This document shows positions 22,431 to 32,087 of a DNA stretch of 64,000 nucleotides, in pieces. The stretch lies in assembly GCA_965202625.1 (NCBI GenBank), contig CBDBBI010000010.1:864001-928000 (forward strand), read 5' to 3'. Position 1 is the stretch's first letter; every line of letters starts with the position of its first letter. The notes under the pieces were generated by a model that did no database searches, was not told the DNA's origin, and worked only from the letters and a program-made list of their open reading frames with translations. The stretch comes from a bacterium. GTDB lineage: Bacteria; UBA8248. Both the position numbers and the translations under genes were made by a program.

Positions 22431-23624
22431 ATGGGCAACTCGAAACTGATCGCAGATGCTGAATTACACGTCGCCCCCACCTACGGACGCTATCCCATCG
22501 CCTTGGTACGCGGCGAAGGTTGCCGCGTCTGGGATGCAGACGGAAAAGATTATCTGGATTTCGTGTCCGGCCTAGCTGTCTGCAGCCTCGGACATTGCCA
22601 CCCCGTCGTGGTGGCCGCCATAAGAGAACAGGCCGGAGAGTTGATTCACGTCTCGAACCTCTACCACGTCGAACCTCAAATCGAGTTAGCGAAAAAACTC
22701 AACCGCCTCTCTTTCGGCGACAAAGTGTTTTTCTGCAACAGTGGAACGGAAGCCGTGGAAGCGGCACTGAAACTCGCCAGAAAGTACTCATATAAAAAAT
22801 ATGGCGAGGGCCGCCATGAAATTTTAAGTTTTGACATGAGCTTTCATGGCCGCACCATGGCTTCGCTCACCGCCACGGGGCAAACGAAATTTCACGGTGC
22901 GTTCAAGCCATTGGTACCTGGCTTTCGGCACCTACCTTTCGACGACGCAGAATCCGTAGCCAACGCGGTCACTGACGAGACTTGCGCCATTATGGTGGAG
23001 CCCATACAAGGCGAAGGAGGCGTCAATGTCCCCGCCGAGGGCTACCTAAAGGAGTTGCGCAATATATGCGACGCGAACGACCTGCTCTTACTTTTTGACG
23101 AGGTGCAAGTCGGCTTGGGCAGAACTGGAAAACTTTGGGCGCACGAGCACGAGGGCGTAGTTCCAGACGCCATGAGCTTAGCGAAGGCCTTGGCGGGCGG
23201 CGTCGCTATCGGCGCACTGGTGGCGTCGGATAAAGCCATGGCGTTTGCGCCCGGGGATCACGCGGCGACGTTCGGGGGCAATCCCCTAGCCACCGCTGCA
23301 GGGTGTGCCGCGCTGGACGCCATCGCCGCGCCCGAATTCCTCAGGCGCGTCGAGGAAATGGGCGCATACGCCATGGCCAGCCTCGAGAACTTAGCCGCGC
23401 GACACGCCATCATCAAAGACGTCAGAGGCAAGGGGCTCATCATTGGTTGCGAGGTGGATCGGGACGCGACGCCCATCGTCGCCAAGGGTTTGGAGGCCGG
23501 CTTCTTGCTCAACGTGGCCGTCCAAAAAGTCATTCGACTCATTCCGCCCCTGATCGTGGAAAGAGAGATGATCGACAACCTGATGAACTTCCTAGATGAA
23601 GCCCTTGCGGATTTAGCGAAATGA
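22431..23624 (+). CDS. argD: Acetylornithine aminotransferase
   Basis: ATG at 22431 with GAGGAG RBS; FFCNSGTEA, SFHGRT, EPIQGEGG, DEVQ.G.GRTG, SLAKALAGG (PLP Lys). Confidence 0.95.
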   Translation: MGNSKLIADAELHVAPTYGRYPIALVRGEGCRVWDADGKDYLDFVSGLAVCSLGHCHPVVVAAIREQAGELIHVSNLYHVEPQIELAKKLNRLSFGDKVFFCNSGTEAVEAALKLARKYSYKKYGEGRHEILSFDMSFHGRTMASLTATGQTKFHGAFKPLVPGFRHLPFDDAESVANAVTDETCAIMVEPIQGEGGVNVPAEGYLKELRNICDANDLLLLFDEVQVGLGRTGKLWAHEHEGVVPDAMSLAKALAGGVAIGALVASDKAMAFAPGDHAATFGGNPLATAAGCAALDAIAAPEFLRRVEEMGAYAMASLENLAARHAIIKDVRGKGLIIGCEVDRDATPIVAKGLEAGFLLNVAVQKVIRLIPPLIVEREMIDNLMNFLDEALADLAK

Positions 23625-24550
23625 AAGACCTCCACTACCTCACCGGAGACGAACTGACCGCCGCCCAAACGCTTCATCTCATTGAAGAAGCGATCGCCCA
23701 GAAAAAAGAAACAACCAAACGAGAGATTCACCCCGTTTTGGCGGGAATGAATTTTGCGCTCCTTTTCGAAAAGCACTCTACCAGAACGAGGGTTTCTTTC
23801 GAGGCCGCTCTCTCTCAACTAGGCGCGAACGCGATTTTTCTCTCACCGAACGACGCACAACTCGCCCGGGGAGAATCTCCCGCGGACAGCGCGAAGGTTC
23901 TGAGCGAATACGTGGACGGGATTATAGTAAGAACATACGAACATTCGCGCGTGGAGGAAGTCGCCTCAAATGCGAGTGTTTCCGTCATCAATGGCCTCAC
24001 GGACCTCCATCACCCATGCCAAGCCCTCGCCGATTTTCTGACGATCAGGGAGCATTACAACACTTTGGAGAACGTAAAGCTCGCGTACGTGGGCGATGGA
24101 AACAACGTTTTGCATTCTTTGTTGATCGTGGGCGCGTTAATCGGAGTTAACGTCAGCGCCGCATGTCCAAAAACGTATCGGCCCGATTCCGCTGTCCTGG
24201 CGCACGCCCAGAGACTGGCGCAAGAGTCAAACGCCAAAATCGAGATTACGAACAAGGTGGAAGAAGCATGTATGGAGGCCAACGTCATTTACACGGACGT
24301 ATGGACTTCCATGGGCCAAGAGAATGAGAATGAGCGCCGCCAAAAGGGGTTAGCCGCATATCAAGTGAACGAAGAGGCGTTTCAACACGCACATAAGGAC
24401 GCCATCTTCATGCACTGCCTGCCCGCACACAGGGGAGAAGAGGTGACGAAAGACGTAATGGACGGCCCCCGGAGCGTCGTTTTCAAACAAGCCGGAAATC
24501 GGCTCCATGCGCAGAAAATCCTCCTGCAAATTCTGGTCCGAGGGATCTGA
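23621..24550 (+). CDS. argF: Ornithine carbamoyltransferase
   Basis: [37 protein letters not shown]. Confidence 0.96.
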   Translation: MKDLHYLTGDELTAAQTLHLIEEAIAQKKETTKREIHPVLAGMNFALLFEKHSTRTRVSFEAALSQLGANAIFLSPNDAQLARGESPADSAKVLSEYVDGIIVRTYEHSRVEEVASNASVSVINGLTDLHHPCQALADFLTIREHYNTLENVKLAYVGDGNNVLHSLLIVGALIGVNVSAACPKTYRPDSAVLAHAQRLAQESNAKIEITNKVEEACMEANVIYTDVWTSMGQENENERRQKGLAAYQVNEEAFQHAHKDAIFMHCLPAHRGEEVTKDVMDGPRSVVFKQAGNRLHAQKILLQILVRGI

Positions 24551-25764
24551 TGGCACTTAAGCCAAACAAAGTGGTACTCGCCTACTCCGGAGGGCTGGAC
24601 ACTTCCGTCATGCTCAAATGGATCCGGGAAAAATATAATTGCCCTGTCGTGGCCTATGCGGCGAACGTTGGCCAAGGCGCCGGCGAGCTCGAAGGCTTGG
24701 AGGAAAAGGCTTTGGCCACGGGCGCTGAGTCTTGTCATATCCTAGACTTACGAGAAGAATTCGCGCGTGATTATATTTTCCCGATACTTCGTGCCGGGGC
24801 GGTGTATGAAGGCGCGTACCTGCTCGGGACGTCTATCGCTAGACCCCTGATCGCCAAAGGGCACATGGAGGTTCTCCGAAAAACGAGAGCGAACGCCGTT
24901 GCCCACGGCGCGACAGGCAAGGGAAACGACCAGGTGCGCTTTGAATTCTCCTATGCCTCCATGGACCCGGACGTCACTATCATCGCGCCCTGGCGTGATT
25001 GGGACTTCGGGGGGCGCTCACAACTCATCGCCTACGCCGAAAGACACAGTATCCCAGTACCCGTTACGGCAGAAAAACCATACTCCATGGACAGAAACCT
25101 CCTTCACATCAGTTTCGAAGGCGGAATTCTCGAGGATCCCTGGATGGAACCGCCCGAGGACATGTACGTCCTTAGCGTATCGCCCGAGAAGGCGCCTGAC
25201 GCGCCTGAATACGCCGAGATCGAATTCGACAAAGGCAATCCCGTCTCCCTGAACGGGGAGCCTCTCTCGCCGGTCGCCATGATGGAGCAGCTCAACACCC
25301 TGGCGGGTACCCATGGCGTAGGTCGAGTGGACTTGGTGGAAAACCGCTTCGTAGGGATGAAGAGCAGAGGCGTTTATGAAACGCCCGCGGGCACAGTGCT
25401 TCACGCGGCGCGTCGGGCGGTGGAATCCCTCACGATGGATCGCGAAGTCATCCAGTTGCGCGATTCACTCATCCCCAAATACGCGCAACTCGTCTACAAC
25501 GGTTTTTGGTTCGCGCCCGAGCGAGAATTTCTACAATCCGCCATCGATCTCGCATCAGAAGGGGTCTGCGGCACCGCCAAAATCAAACTCTATAAGGGCA
25601 CGTGCAGCGTTGTCGGAAGAAAGGCGCCTGAGAACATGAGCCTTTATCGTCCCGACATCGCCACTTTCGAGGAAGATGCGGTTTATTCCCAAAAAGACGC
25701 GGAAGGATTCATTCGCTTGAACGCACTGCGGCTGCGGATACGAGCGCAACGAGACTCTGTATAA
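24550..25764 (+). CDS. argG: Argininosuccinate synthase
   Basis: [53 protein letters not shown]. Confidence 0.98.
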   Translation: MALKPNKVVLAYSGGLDTSVMLKWIREKYNCPVVAYAANVGQGAGELEGLEEKALATGAESCHILDLREEFARDYIFPILRAGAVYEGAYLLGTSIARPLIAKGHMEVLRKTRANAVAHGATGKGNDQVRFEFSYASMDPDVTIIAPWRDWDFGGRSQLIAYAERHSIPVPVTAEKPYSMDRNLLHISFEGGILEDPWMEPPEDMYVLSVSPEKAPDAPEYAEIEFDKGNPVSLNGEPLSPVAMMEQLNTLAGTHGVGRVDLVENRFVGMKSRGVYETPAGTVLHAARRAVESLTMDREVIQLRDSLIPKYAQLVYNGFWFAPEREFLQSAIDLASEGVCGTAKIKLYKGTCSVVGRKAPENMSLYRPDIATFEEDAVYSQKDAEGFIRLNALRLRIRAQRDSV

Positions 25765-25828
25765 GCTATCTATCCGCCTCACTCATTGTCATCCTTTCAG
25801 GCCAACACGTGTTCCGCCTCTAGGATAT

Positions 25829-26761
25829 TTAGGCTTTGGCCGCCGATCTTTTCTTGCTTCTCGATCCACCGCGCGCCGCTTCTGGCCATGCCAACAGGAT
25901 GGGACTTGCCACGTAGATGGAAGAATACGTACCCACCACGATGCCCACCGCAAGCGCAAACGCCACGTCAGAAATTACATCGCCCCCCAAGAACAAGAAC
26001 GCCAACACGGCGACGAGCGTTGTTCCAGAGGTGAGCAACGTCCGAGAAAGGGTCTGATTGATGGATTTATTGACGAGATCGGATAAATCCGCCCGCCTTG
26101 AGGTGCGCGTATTTTCCCGAATGCGATCAAACACGACAATGGTATCATTCAACGAATAACCGATGATCGTGAGAATCGCCGCAACGATGGGGAGTGAGAA
26201 CTCCTTGCCAGATAAAGAAAATACGCCGAGCGTGATGAGGACGTCGTGCAACAGTGCCACGACCGATGCGATCGCCTGGCGAAACTGAAACCGAAAACTG
26301 ATGTAAATCAAGATTCCGACGAGGGCGAACAACATGCTGCTGAGCGCTTTCTGGCGCAAGTCCGCCCCTACTTTGGGTCCCACCATCTCGGTTCGCCTCA
26401 TCAAAAAAGCATCTTTGCCAAATTTTTCCACAAGTGCCTCTTTCACGAGAGATTCGACGCCCTCTACGTTGCCCGAACTCCTCTCTACTCGAATCAAAAA
26501 CTCTCTGTCAGAACCAAAATTCTGGATGACCGTATCGCCCAAAGAAGGCATGGCAACTGCGCTGCGCACATCTCCAATCGACGGGGAGGTCGCTTGGAAT
26601 TGCACTTGCACTAGCGTTCCACCAGTAAAATCAATGCCGTAGTTTATTCCTTTTGCGAAAAGAAGAAGAACGGAAACCACGACAGCCGCGCTGGAGACGC
26701 CGACGAAGAACTTGACTTTTCCAATGATGTTGTATACTGCATCTGGTCGGATGAGCTCCAT
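25829..26761 (-). CDS. secF: Protein translocase subunit SecF
   Basis: GIDFTGGT, VGPKVG, HDV, IIGYSLNDTIVVFDRIRE, QTLSRT, GTYSSIYVA. Confidence 0.97.
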   Translation of the reverse strand: MELIRPDAVYNIIGKVKFFVGVSSAAVVVSVLLLFAKGINYGIDFTGGTLVQVQFQATSPSIGDVRSAVAMPSLGDTVIQNFGSDREFLIRVERSSGNVEGVESLVKEALVEKFGKDAFLMRRTEMVGPKVGADLRQKALSSMLFALVGILIYISFRFQFRQAIASVVALLHDVLITLGVFSLSGKEFSLPIVAAILTIIGYSLNDTIVVFDRIRENTRTSRRADLSDLVNKSINQTLSRTLLTSGTTLVAVLAFLFLGGDVISDVAFALAVGIVVGTYSSIYVASPILLAWPEAARGGSRSKKRSAAKA

Positions 26762-28311
26762 TATATACTCAGACTTCTCACATCGGTTCGGAACAAGAAT
26801 AAATCATACACAAATCTGGTGACAAAAATCGCTGTGAACATACTCGCCACAATACCAATGCTGAGGGTGACAGCGAACCCCTTGATGGGCCCCGTGCCAA
26901 ATTGCAAAAGCACCAACGCAGCGATGAGCGTCGTCACGTTCGCATCCAAAATCGTGAGGAAGGCTTTTCCATAACCAGAAGCAACGGCGGAACGGATGGT
27001 CTTTCCCAAGCGCAATTCTTCTCTGATTCTCTCAAAAATCAAAACGTTGGCGTCCACCGCCATGCCGACCGTCAGCACGATGCCGGCGATTCCCGGAAGG
27101 GTGAGCGTAGCACCGAAGAATCCAAGCGCCCCCATGAGTATCAATAGATTAAAGAGCAGAGCGATGATGGCCACGGTGCCGCTCAGTTTGTAGTAGATGG
27201 CCATGAACATCAAAACGAGTATGAACCCAACGATGATGCTCACGAGGCCCTGACGCACAGAATCTGCACCCAGAGATGGCCCGACGTTTCTTTCTTCCAA
27301 AACTTCCACCGGGGCGGGAAGCGCGCCCGCTCTCAGGGCTATCGCCAAATCCCTCGCTTCTTCGAGCGTGAAACTTCCCGTTATCTGCGCCCTCCCCTGG
27401 CTGATCCGCTCCTGTATGATGGGAGCACTATATACGACTCCATCCAGGACGATGGCGAGACGCTGGCCCACGTTGGCCGCCGTGAGGTGGTCGAAAGCAT
27501 CCGCTCCTTTGGCGTCAAATGCGATGGATACGTAGGGCTGGTTGAATCGATCTCCGATCTCCACGCGCGCATCGGTCAAGTTGGCCCCGGTCAGGGCAGC
27601 TTCTCTCTTCACGAGCAAGGGGGTGCGCTCGCGCACCTCGCCCGTCCGGTTGTCCCTTGACACTTCATATAAAAGCTCTAGGCCCTCAGGCGCGCGATTA
27701 CTTTCTTGCGCGCGCGCGACGTTGGCGTCGCCATCCACCATTTTGAACTCCAAAAGCGCCGTTTTTCCGATGAGAGACTTCGCTCTGGAAGGATCATCCA
27801 CTCCGGGCAGCTGAACGATGATCCGTCTCTCACCCTGCCGCTGAAGCGTAGGTTCACGCACGCCAAACTGGTCGATGCGATTTCGAATCGTCTCAAGTGC
27901 CTGAACGATCGACTGCTCTTTCGTCCGTTCCATTTGTTGCTGTGATAAGAAATAGACAAACGTTGGAGGCACACCCTCTTCCTTCTCTAGGGTGAGGTCC
28001 GGGTAATCTTGCATCATCGTGAGAAAATGCGCCCTATCGGATGAGCGATGAAGGGCAACGCTTATTCTCAGTGCATCGCGCTTGAAGAATCGGGTGCGTA
28101 TATCATCTCTGGAAAGACGATTTCTCAGCTCTGTAAAGTAGCGGTCCATCTTCGATTCCACCGCTGTTTCCGCTTGCACCTCAAGGACTAGGTGAATCCC
28201 GCCCTGCAAATCAAGCCCGAGATTGATGCGCTCGTTCGGGGGAATCAAATAAAACGCGGACGCGGCGATGACTATCGCTATCAAACCCGCCCGCCAACCT
28301 GTGTCTCTCAT
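26761..28311 (-). CDS. secD: Protein translocase subunit SecD
   Basis: INLGLDLQGG, RNRIDQFGVREP, LRAGALPAP, VGPSLG, GMAVDANVLIFERIREE, DANVTT; ATG at 28311 with GAGGGGAG RBS; TAATG overlap with secF. Confidence 0.97.
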   Translation of the reverse strand: MRDTGWRAGLIAIVIAASAFYLIPPNERINLGLDLQGGIHLVLEVQAETAVESKMDRYFTELRNRLSRDDIRTRFFKRDALRISVALHRSSDRAHFLTMMQDYPDLTLEKEEGVPPTFVYFLSQQQMERTKEQSIVQALETIRNRIDQFGVREPTLQRQGERRIIVQLPGVDDPSRAKSLIGKTALLEFKMVDGDANVARAQESNRAPEGLELLYEVSRDNRTGEVRERTPLLVKREAALTGANLTDARVEIGDRFNQPYVSIAFDAKGADAFDHLTAANVGQRLAIVLDGVVYSAPIIQERISQGRAQITGSFTLEEARDLAIALRAGALPAPVEVLEERNVGPSLGADSVRQGLVSIIVGFILVLMFMAIYYKLSGTVAIIALLFNLLILMGALGFFGATLTLPGIAGIVLTVGMAVDANVLIFERIREELRLGKTIRSAVASGYGKAFLTILDANVTTLIAALVLLQFGTGPIKGFAVTLSIGIVASMFTAIFVTRFVYDLFLFRTDVRSLSI

Positions 28312-28383
28312 GAAACTCCCCTCGCCAAGAGTCTCAACGCTACCCATTCACAATCATTTCACCGAATGAACAGCAAAATCACT

Positions 28384-28776
28384 TCACTTTTGTTTTTCTC
28401 GTTTTTCTTGCTGAGCAGCCTTGTTTTTGTTCGTGTTCGCGCCCGAGTCACTCGCCGTCACAAAGGACTTCTGCACGCGAATGCGCACGTTCTCATCTAC
28501 TTTCAGCGTCACAACGTCGTCCTTGATTCTCGCCACCTCGCCCAAAATTCCATTTGCGACCACCTGATCTCCAGGTCTTAGAGCCTTCTGCATTCTACGA
28601 ATTTCCTGCTGTCTCTTCTGTTGGGGCCTGATCATGATGAAATATATTATGGCGAAAATCATCAAAAACGGCGCCAATTGAATCAAAAAATTCTGCTGTC
28701 CTCCGCCACCTCCAGAGGGTGCCATAGCATAGGCGGCGGAAGAACCCATAAACCATGTCACAAAAGAATCAAGCAT
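28384..28776 (-). CDS. yajC: Preprotein translocase subunit YajC
   Basis: IIYFIMIRPQQKRQ..L..GD.V motif; lies between tgt and secD. Confidence 0.93.
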   Translation of the reverse strand: MLDSFVTWFMGSSAAYAMAPSGGGGGQQNFLIQLAPFLMIFAIIYFIMIRPQQKRQQEIRRMQKALRPGDQVVANGILGEVARIKDDVVTLKVDENVRIRVQKSFVTASDSGANTNKNKAAQQEKREKQK

Positions 28777-28811
28777 TCTTTGAAATCTCCATATAAACGC
28801 GCCACGCCGGG

Positions 28812-28856
28812 TGCTTGACAAGTTTTCGTAGCAAAGCCCCCATCCCTTGTCAAGCA
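28812..28856. repeat. Perfect 11-bp inverted repeat TGCTTGACAAG-N23-CTTGTCAAGCA overlapping the probable yajC-secDF promoter
   Basis: Arms at 28812-28822 and 28846-28856. The minus strand reads TTGACA-N17-TACGAA with an extended-10 TG. Confidence 0.7.
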
Positions 28857-28877
28857 AAGGCGTTAAGAATCAGTCGC

Positions 28878-30080
28878 TTATTCTTTGGCGAGGGTTTCGG
28901 AAACAAAGCGCCCTGAGCGATCCCGGCGCACCCGTCCAGCCCCTAGAGGTTCTGCCGCATCTTGGGCGAGTGGTCCAGCGAGTCGTTCGTCCGCCCATAA
29001 GGAGAAACGACCCTGACCGATTGCTTTTCGGGCCTGCGCGAGCAAATCTTGATAAAAATAAAGATTGTGAATGCTCATGAGACGCAAGCCCAAAGTTTCC
29101 TTCGCCTGGAACAAGTGCCTCAGATATGCTCGGCTATATCCTCTCTGGCATACGTGACACCCGCAATTCGGATCAATGGGCCCGGGAGCCTCAGCATGAA
29201 AGGCGTTCTTGATAGACAACCTTCCTCCCCATGAGAAAAGATTTCCGCGCCTCGCATGGCGAGTCGGAATCACACAGTCGAACATATCCGCGCCCTTGCG
29301 AATCCCTCGAATCAAATCCGCTGGAGTGCCCATTCCCATCACATAACGCGGCTTGTCAGGCGGCAAGACATCCGTGACCGCATCGAGAAGAGAAGCGGTC
29401 TTCACTTTTTTCTCACCCAAACAAAGGCCGCCAATCGCGTAGCCTGGAAAATCGATTTTCACCAGCTCCCTTGCACTCCGTCGCCTTAAATCCTCAAAAC
29501 CTCCTCCTTGAACAATAGCAAAAAGGGATTGATCTTCGCGCGCATGCGCTTCTTTGGCCCTTTGGGCCCAAAAAGTTGTGCGGGATAAGGCTTGATGTGC
29601 CTCATCCCGGGTATGCGGAAAGCCCAAAGGCTCATCGAGCACCATCGCAATGTCGGAGCCCAAGTTTTCTTGAATCGCAACAGTGCGCTCGGGCGTCAGC
29701 ATCATCCGCGCGCCATCAATGTGACTTTGAAAATCAATTCCCTTATCCGTGCTCTTGGCGAGTGGAGCCAAGCTGAAAAGCTGATATCCGCCACTATCGG
29801 TCAAGATGGGTCCGTCCCAACCCATGAACCTATGAAGCCCACCCAGCCTGGCGACAACATCGGCACCCGGTCTGAGAGAGAGATGATACGCATTGGCAAG
29901 AATAATCTGGCAGCCCGTCGACAGCAAATCCTCAGGCGCAAGGGTCTTTACAGTCGCCTGGGTGCCGACAGCCATGAAAGCGGGTGTCTTCGCCTCGCCA
30001 CGCGAAAAGACGAGACGACCCGTGCGAGCCTTGCTCCTCGCGTCTTGATGGGTGAGATGAAACTCCAAAGGCATATTCAC
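28878..30080 (-). CDS. tgt: tRNA-guanine transglycosylase
   Basis: TPAFM.VGT, LTDSGGYQ (Asp102), QGG, DMFDCVIPTR (Asp280), Zn site CGCHVC...H; tgt-yajC-secDF synteny. Confidence 0.95.
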   Translation of the reverse strand: MNMPLEFHLTHQDARSKARTGRLVFSRGEAKTPAFMAVGTQATVKTLAPEDLLSTGCQIILANAYHLSLRPGADVVARLGGLHRFMGWDGPILTDSGGYQLFSLAPLAKSTDKGIDFQSHIDGARMMLTPERTVAIQENLGSDIAMVLDEPLGFPHTRDEAHQALSRTTFWAQRAKEAHAREDQSLFAIVQGGGFEDLRRRSARELVKIDFPGYAIGGLCLGEKKVKTASLLDAVTDVLPPDKPRYVMGMGTPADLIRGIRKGADMFDCVIPTRHARRGNLFSWGGRLSIKNAFHAEAPGPIDPNCGCHVCQRGYSRAYLRHLFQAKETLGLRLMSIHNLYFYQDLLAQARKAIGQGRFSLWADERLAGPLAQDAAEPLGAGRVRRDRSGRFVSETLAKE

Positions 30081-30829
30081 AGGATATGTATCGGCCCCTC
30101 TGCACTTCCGACGATGAACTGGCGCACGAGAGGATCGGTCGATGCCCGAATTTCGTCCGGACCTCCAGTGAACACCATTCTACCCTGGTGCAACATCCCC
30201 ACATAGTGAACAAATTCAAGCACCTTTTTCACGTCATGGCTTATCATTACGGACGTCACCCGCAACATTTCCTGCATGTGAACGATGAGGCGATGGATGG
30301 AATCCGTGAGCATCGGATCGAGCCCCGTCGTCGGTTCATCATACAAGACGATTTCAGGCTCGCGGATAATCGCTCTTGCCAAACCCACGCGCTTCTTCAT
30401 TCCGCCCGATAACTGGGAGGGCATCCTCGCCTCTACGCCGTCAAGCCCCACCAGGCGCAACGTCTCTTTCACGCGACCCGATATTTCCGAGCGCGTCAGA
30501 CTGGAATGCTCCATCAATGGAAACGCCACGTTCTCCTCCACCGTCATCGAATCGAACAAAGCCGCTCCCTGAAAGAGCATCCCGAATTTTGAGCGCGCCT
30601 GATTCAACTCTCGTCCGCGCAATTTTGAAACGTCGGCACCATCTATCAAAATTTCACCGCTGTCAGGACGTATCAGACCCAATGAATGTTTCAACAATAC
30701 GCTTTTACCCTCACCGCTTCGTCCTATGATTGCGGTGATGCGCCCGGGCGGAATCTGAAAATCCACGCCGCGCAACACCTGATTCCCGTCAAAACTCTTC
30801 TTCACTGCCTTGTATTCAATTTTCGCCAT
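30077..30829 (-). CDS. ABC transporter ATP-binding protein, MlaF/Mkl family (orphan)
   Basis: GRSGEGKS Walker A, GMLFQGAALFDSMTVEENVAFPL, LSGGMKKRVGLARA, YDEPTTGLDP, SHD, DPLVRQFI.G..EGPI; these are MlaF-type signatures. Confidence 0.88.
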   Translation of the reverse strand: MAKIEYKAVKKSFDGNQVLRGVDFQIPPGRITAIIGRSGEGKSVLLKHSLGLIRPDSGEILIDGADVSKLRGRELNQARSKFGMLFQGAALFDSMTVEENVAFPLMEHSSLTRSEISGRVKETLRLVGLDGVEARMPSQLSGGMKKRVGLARAIIREPEIVLYDEPTTGLDPMLTDSIHRLIVHMQEMLRVTSVMISHDVKKVLEFVHYVGMLHQGRMVFTGGPDEIRASTDPLVRQFIVGSAEGPIHIL

Positions 30830-30860
30830 CGCCACCCTGTCCCCAGAGAACAACAATTCC

Positions 30861-32045
30861 CTACAACCTGCGAATGTGGGTAACCTGATTTTTCCTCAAA
30901 TAAACTCTCGGTGCGCGGCTCCCTACTCCGCACATGATTTCATAGGGTATCGTTTCAGCCCTATCCGCCATCTCTTCACAGCTGATAATCTCATCACCCT
31001 GCTCACCCAAAAGGACAACTTCATCTCCTAGAGCAACGCTCCCGATTTTTGACACATCGAGCGCTATCATGTCCATCGATACACGTCCGGCGAGGGGAAC
31101 TCGCGCACCGTTGATCAACACATCCGCTCGGTTGGAGAGAATGCGCGGATACCCATCGCCATACCCTGCCGCCGCTACGGCCATCTGACCAGGAAAATTT
31201 CTTTGATACGCTCCGCCATATCCTATGGGTTGGCCAGCATCGATGCTCTTCACCTGTAATATTTTCGTGACCCACCTCATGGCGGATTTAACAGATATAT
31301 TTTTAGAGAATTGAGGAGACGACCCATAAAGCGCGATCCCCAAACGCGCTAGGTTACCAGGGATATGAGGGTAATTTAACAACCCTGCGCTGTTCGCCGT
31401 GTGCACATGAGGGGGGAGCAGATCCTTTTCCCGTAGAACACGAATCAGCCCTTCTATCCCATGAATTTGGGACTTGGTCGCACCTCCTCCTTCCTCCTCG
31501 TCCGCGCGCGCAAGGTGGCTCATCAGACCGGCAACCTCGATGCCTTTCTGCTGGGACACCTTTTGAATGAAATCAACGGCTTCGGGTGGATACAATCCCA
31601 ACCGCCCCATCCCAGAGTCCACTTTGACGTGGATTCTCGCTTTTGTGCCCATCCCCTTCGCCACATTCGCCAACCCTTCAATCTGCTCCATATGCCAAAC
31701 AGTGGCGTCGCAATCCGCCTCCACGAGCCTTTCCGCGATATCCGCCAGCGTGTCGCTCATCACCAGTATCCGCGCATCGGAAAATCTGTCTCTCGGGTTG
31801 AAAACATGGGCGGCGCGAAGCGATTCCGCCTCCTCAATGGTCGCAACGCCAAACCATCTGGCACCCGCTTCATAAACGGCTCGTGCAACCTCCACCCCCC
31901 CGTGCCCGTAAGCCTCCGCTTTCACGACGGTGAGCGGTTCCTGAGAAAGAAGCGGATCGGTCAAATTTTTATAATTTTGAATCAAGATATCTAAATTGAT
32001 AAAAACCGCGTTGCGGTATCCGGAAGGCAAAAAATGTCGGCTCAA
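30861..32045 (-). CDS. alr: Alanine racemase
   Basis: VVKAEAYGHG (PLP Lys), HVKVDSGMGRLG, MSHLA.AD, ANSA, IGYG, GYGDG, GRVSMD, TIPYEI. Confidence 0.95.
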   Translation of the reverse strand: MSRHFLPSGYRNAVFINLDILIQNYKNLTDPLLSQEPLTVVKAEAYGHGGVEVARAVYEAGARWFGVATIEEAESLRAAHVFNPRDRFSDARILVMSDTLADIAERLVEADCDATVWHMEQIEGLANVAKGMGTKARIHVKVDSGMGRLGLYPPEAVDFIQKVSQQKGIEVAGLMSHLARADEEEGGGATKSQIHGIEGLIRVLREKDLLPPHVHTANSAGLLNYPHIPGNLARLGIALYGSSPQFSKNISVKSAMRWVTKILQVKSIDAGQPIGYGGAYQRNFPGQMAVAAAGYGDGYPRILSNRADVLINGARVPLAGRVSMDMIALDVSKIGSVALGDEVVLLGEQGDEIISCEEMADRAETIPYEIMCGVGSRAPRVYLRKNQVTHIRRL

Positions 32046-32087
32046 GCAGAAGACCCTTTTGAGGGAGACATCCTCACGGCGTCGTTC

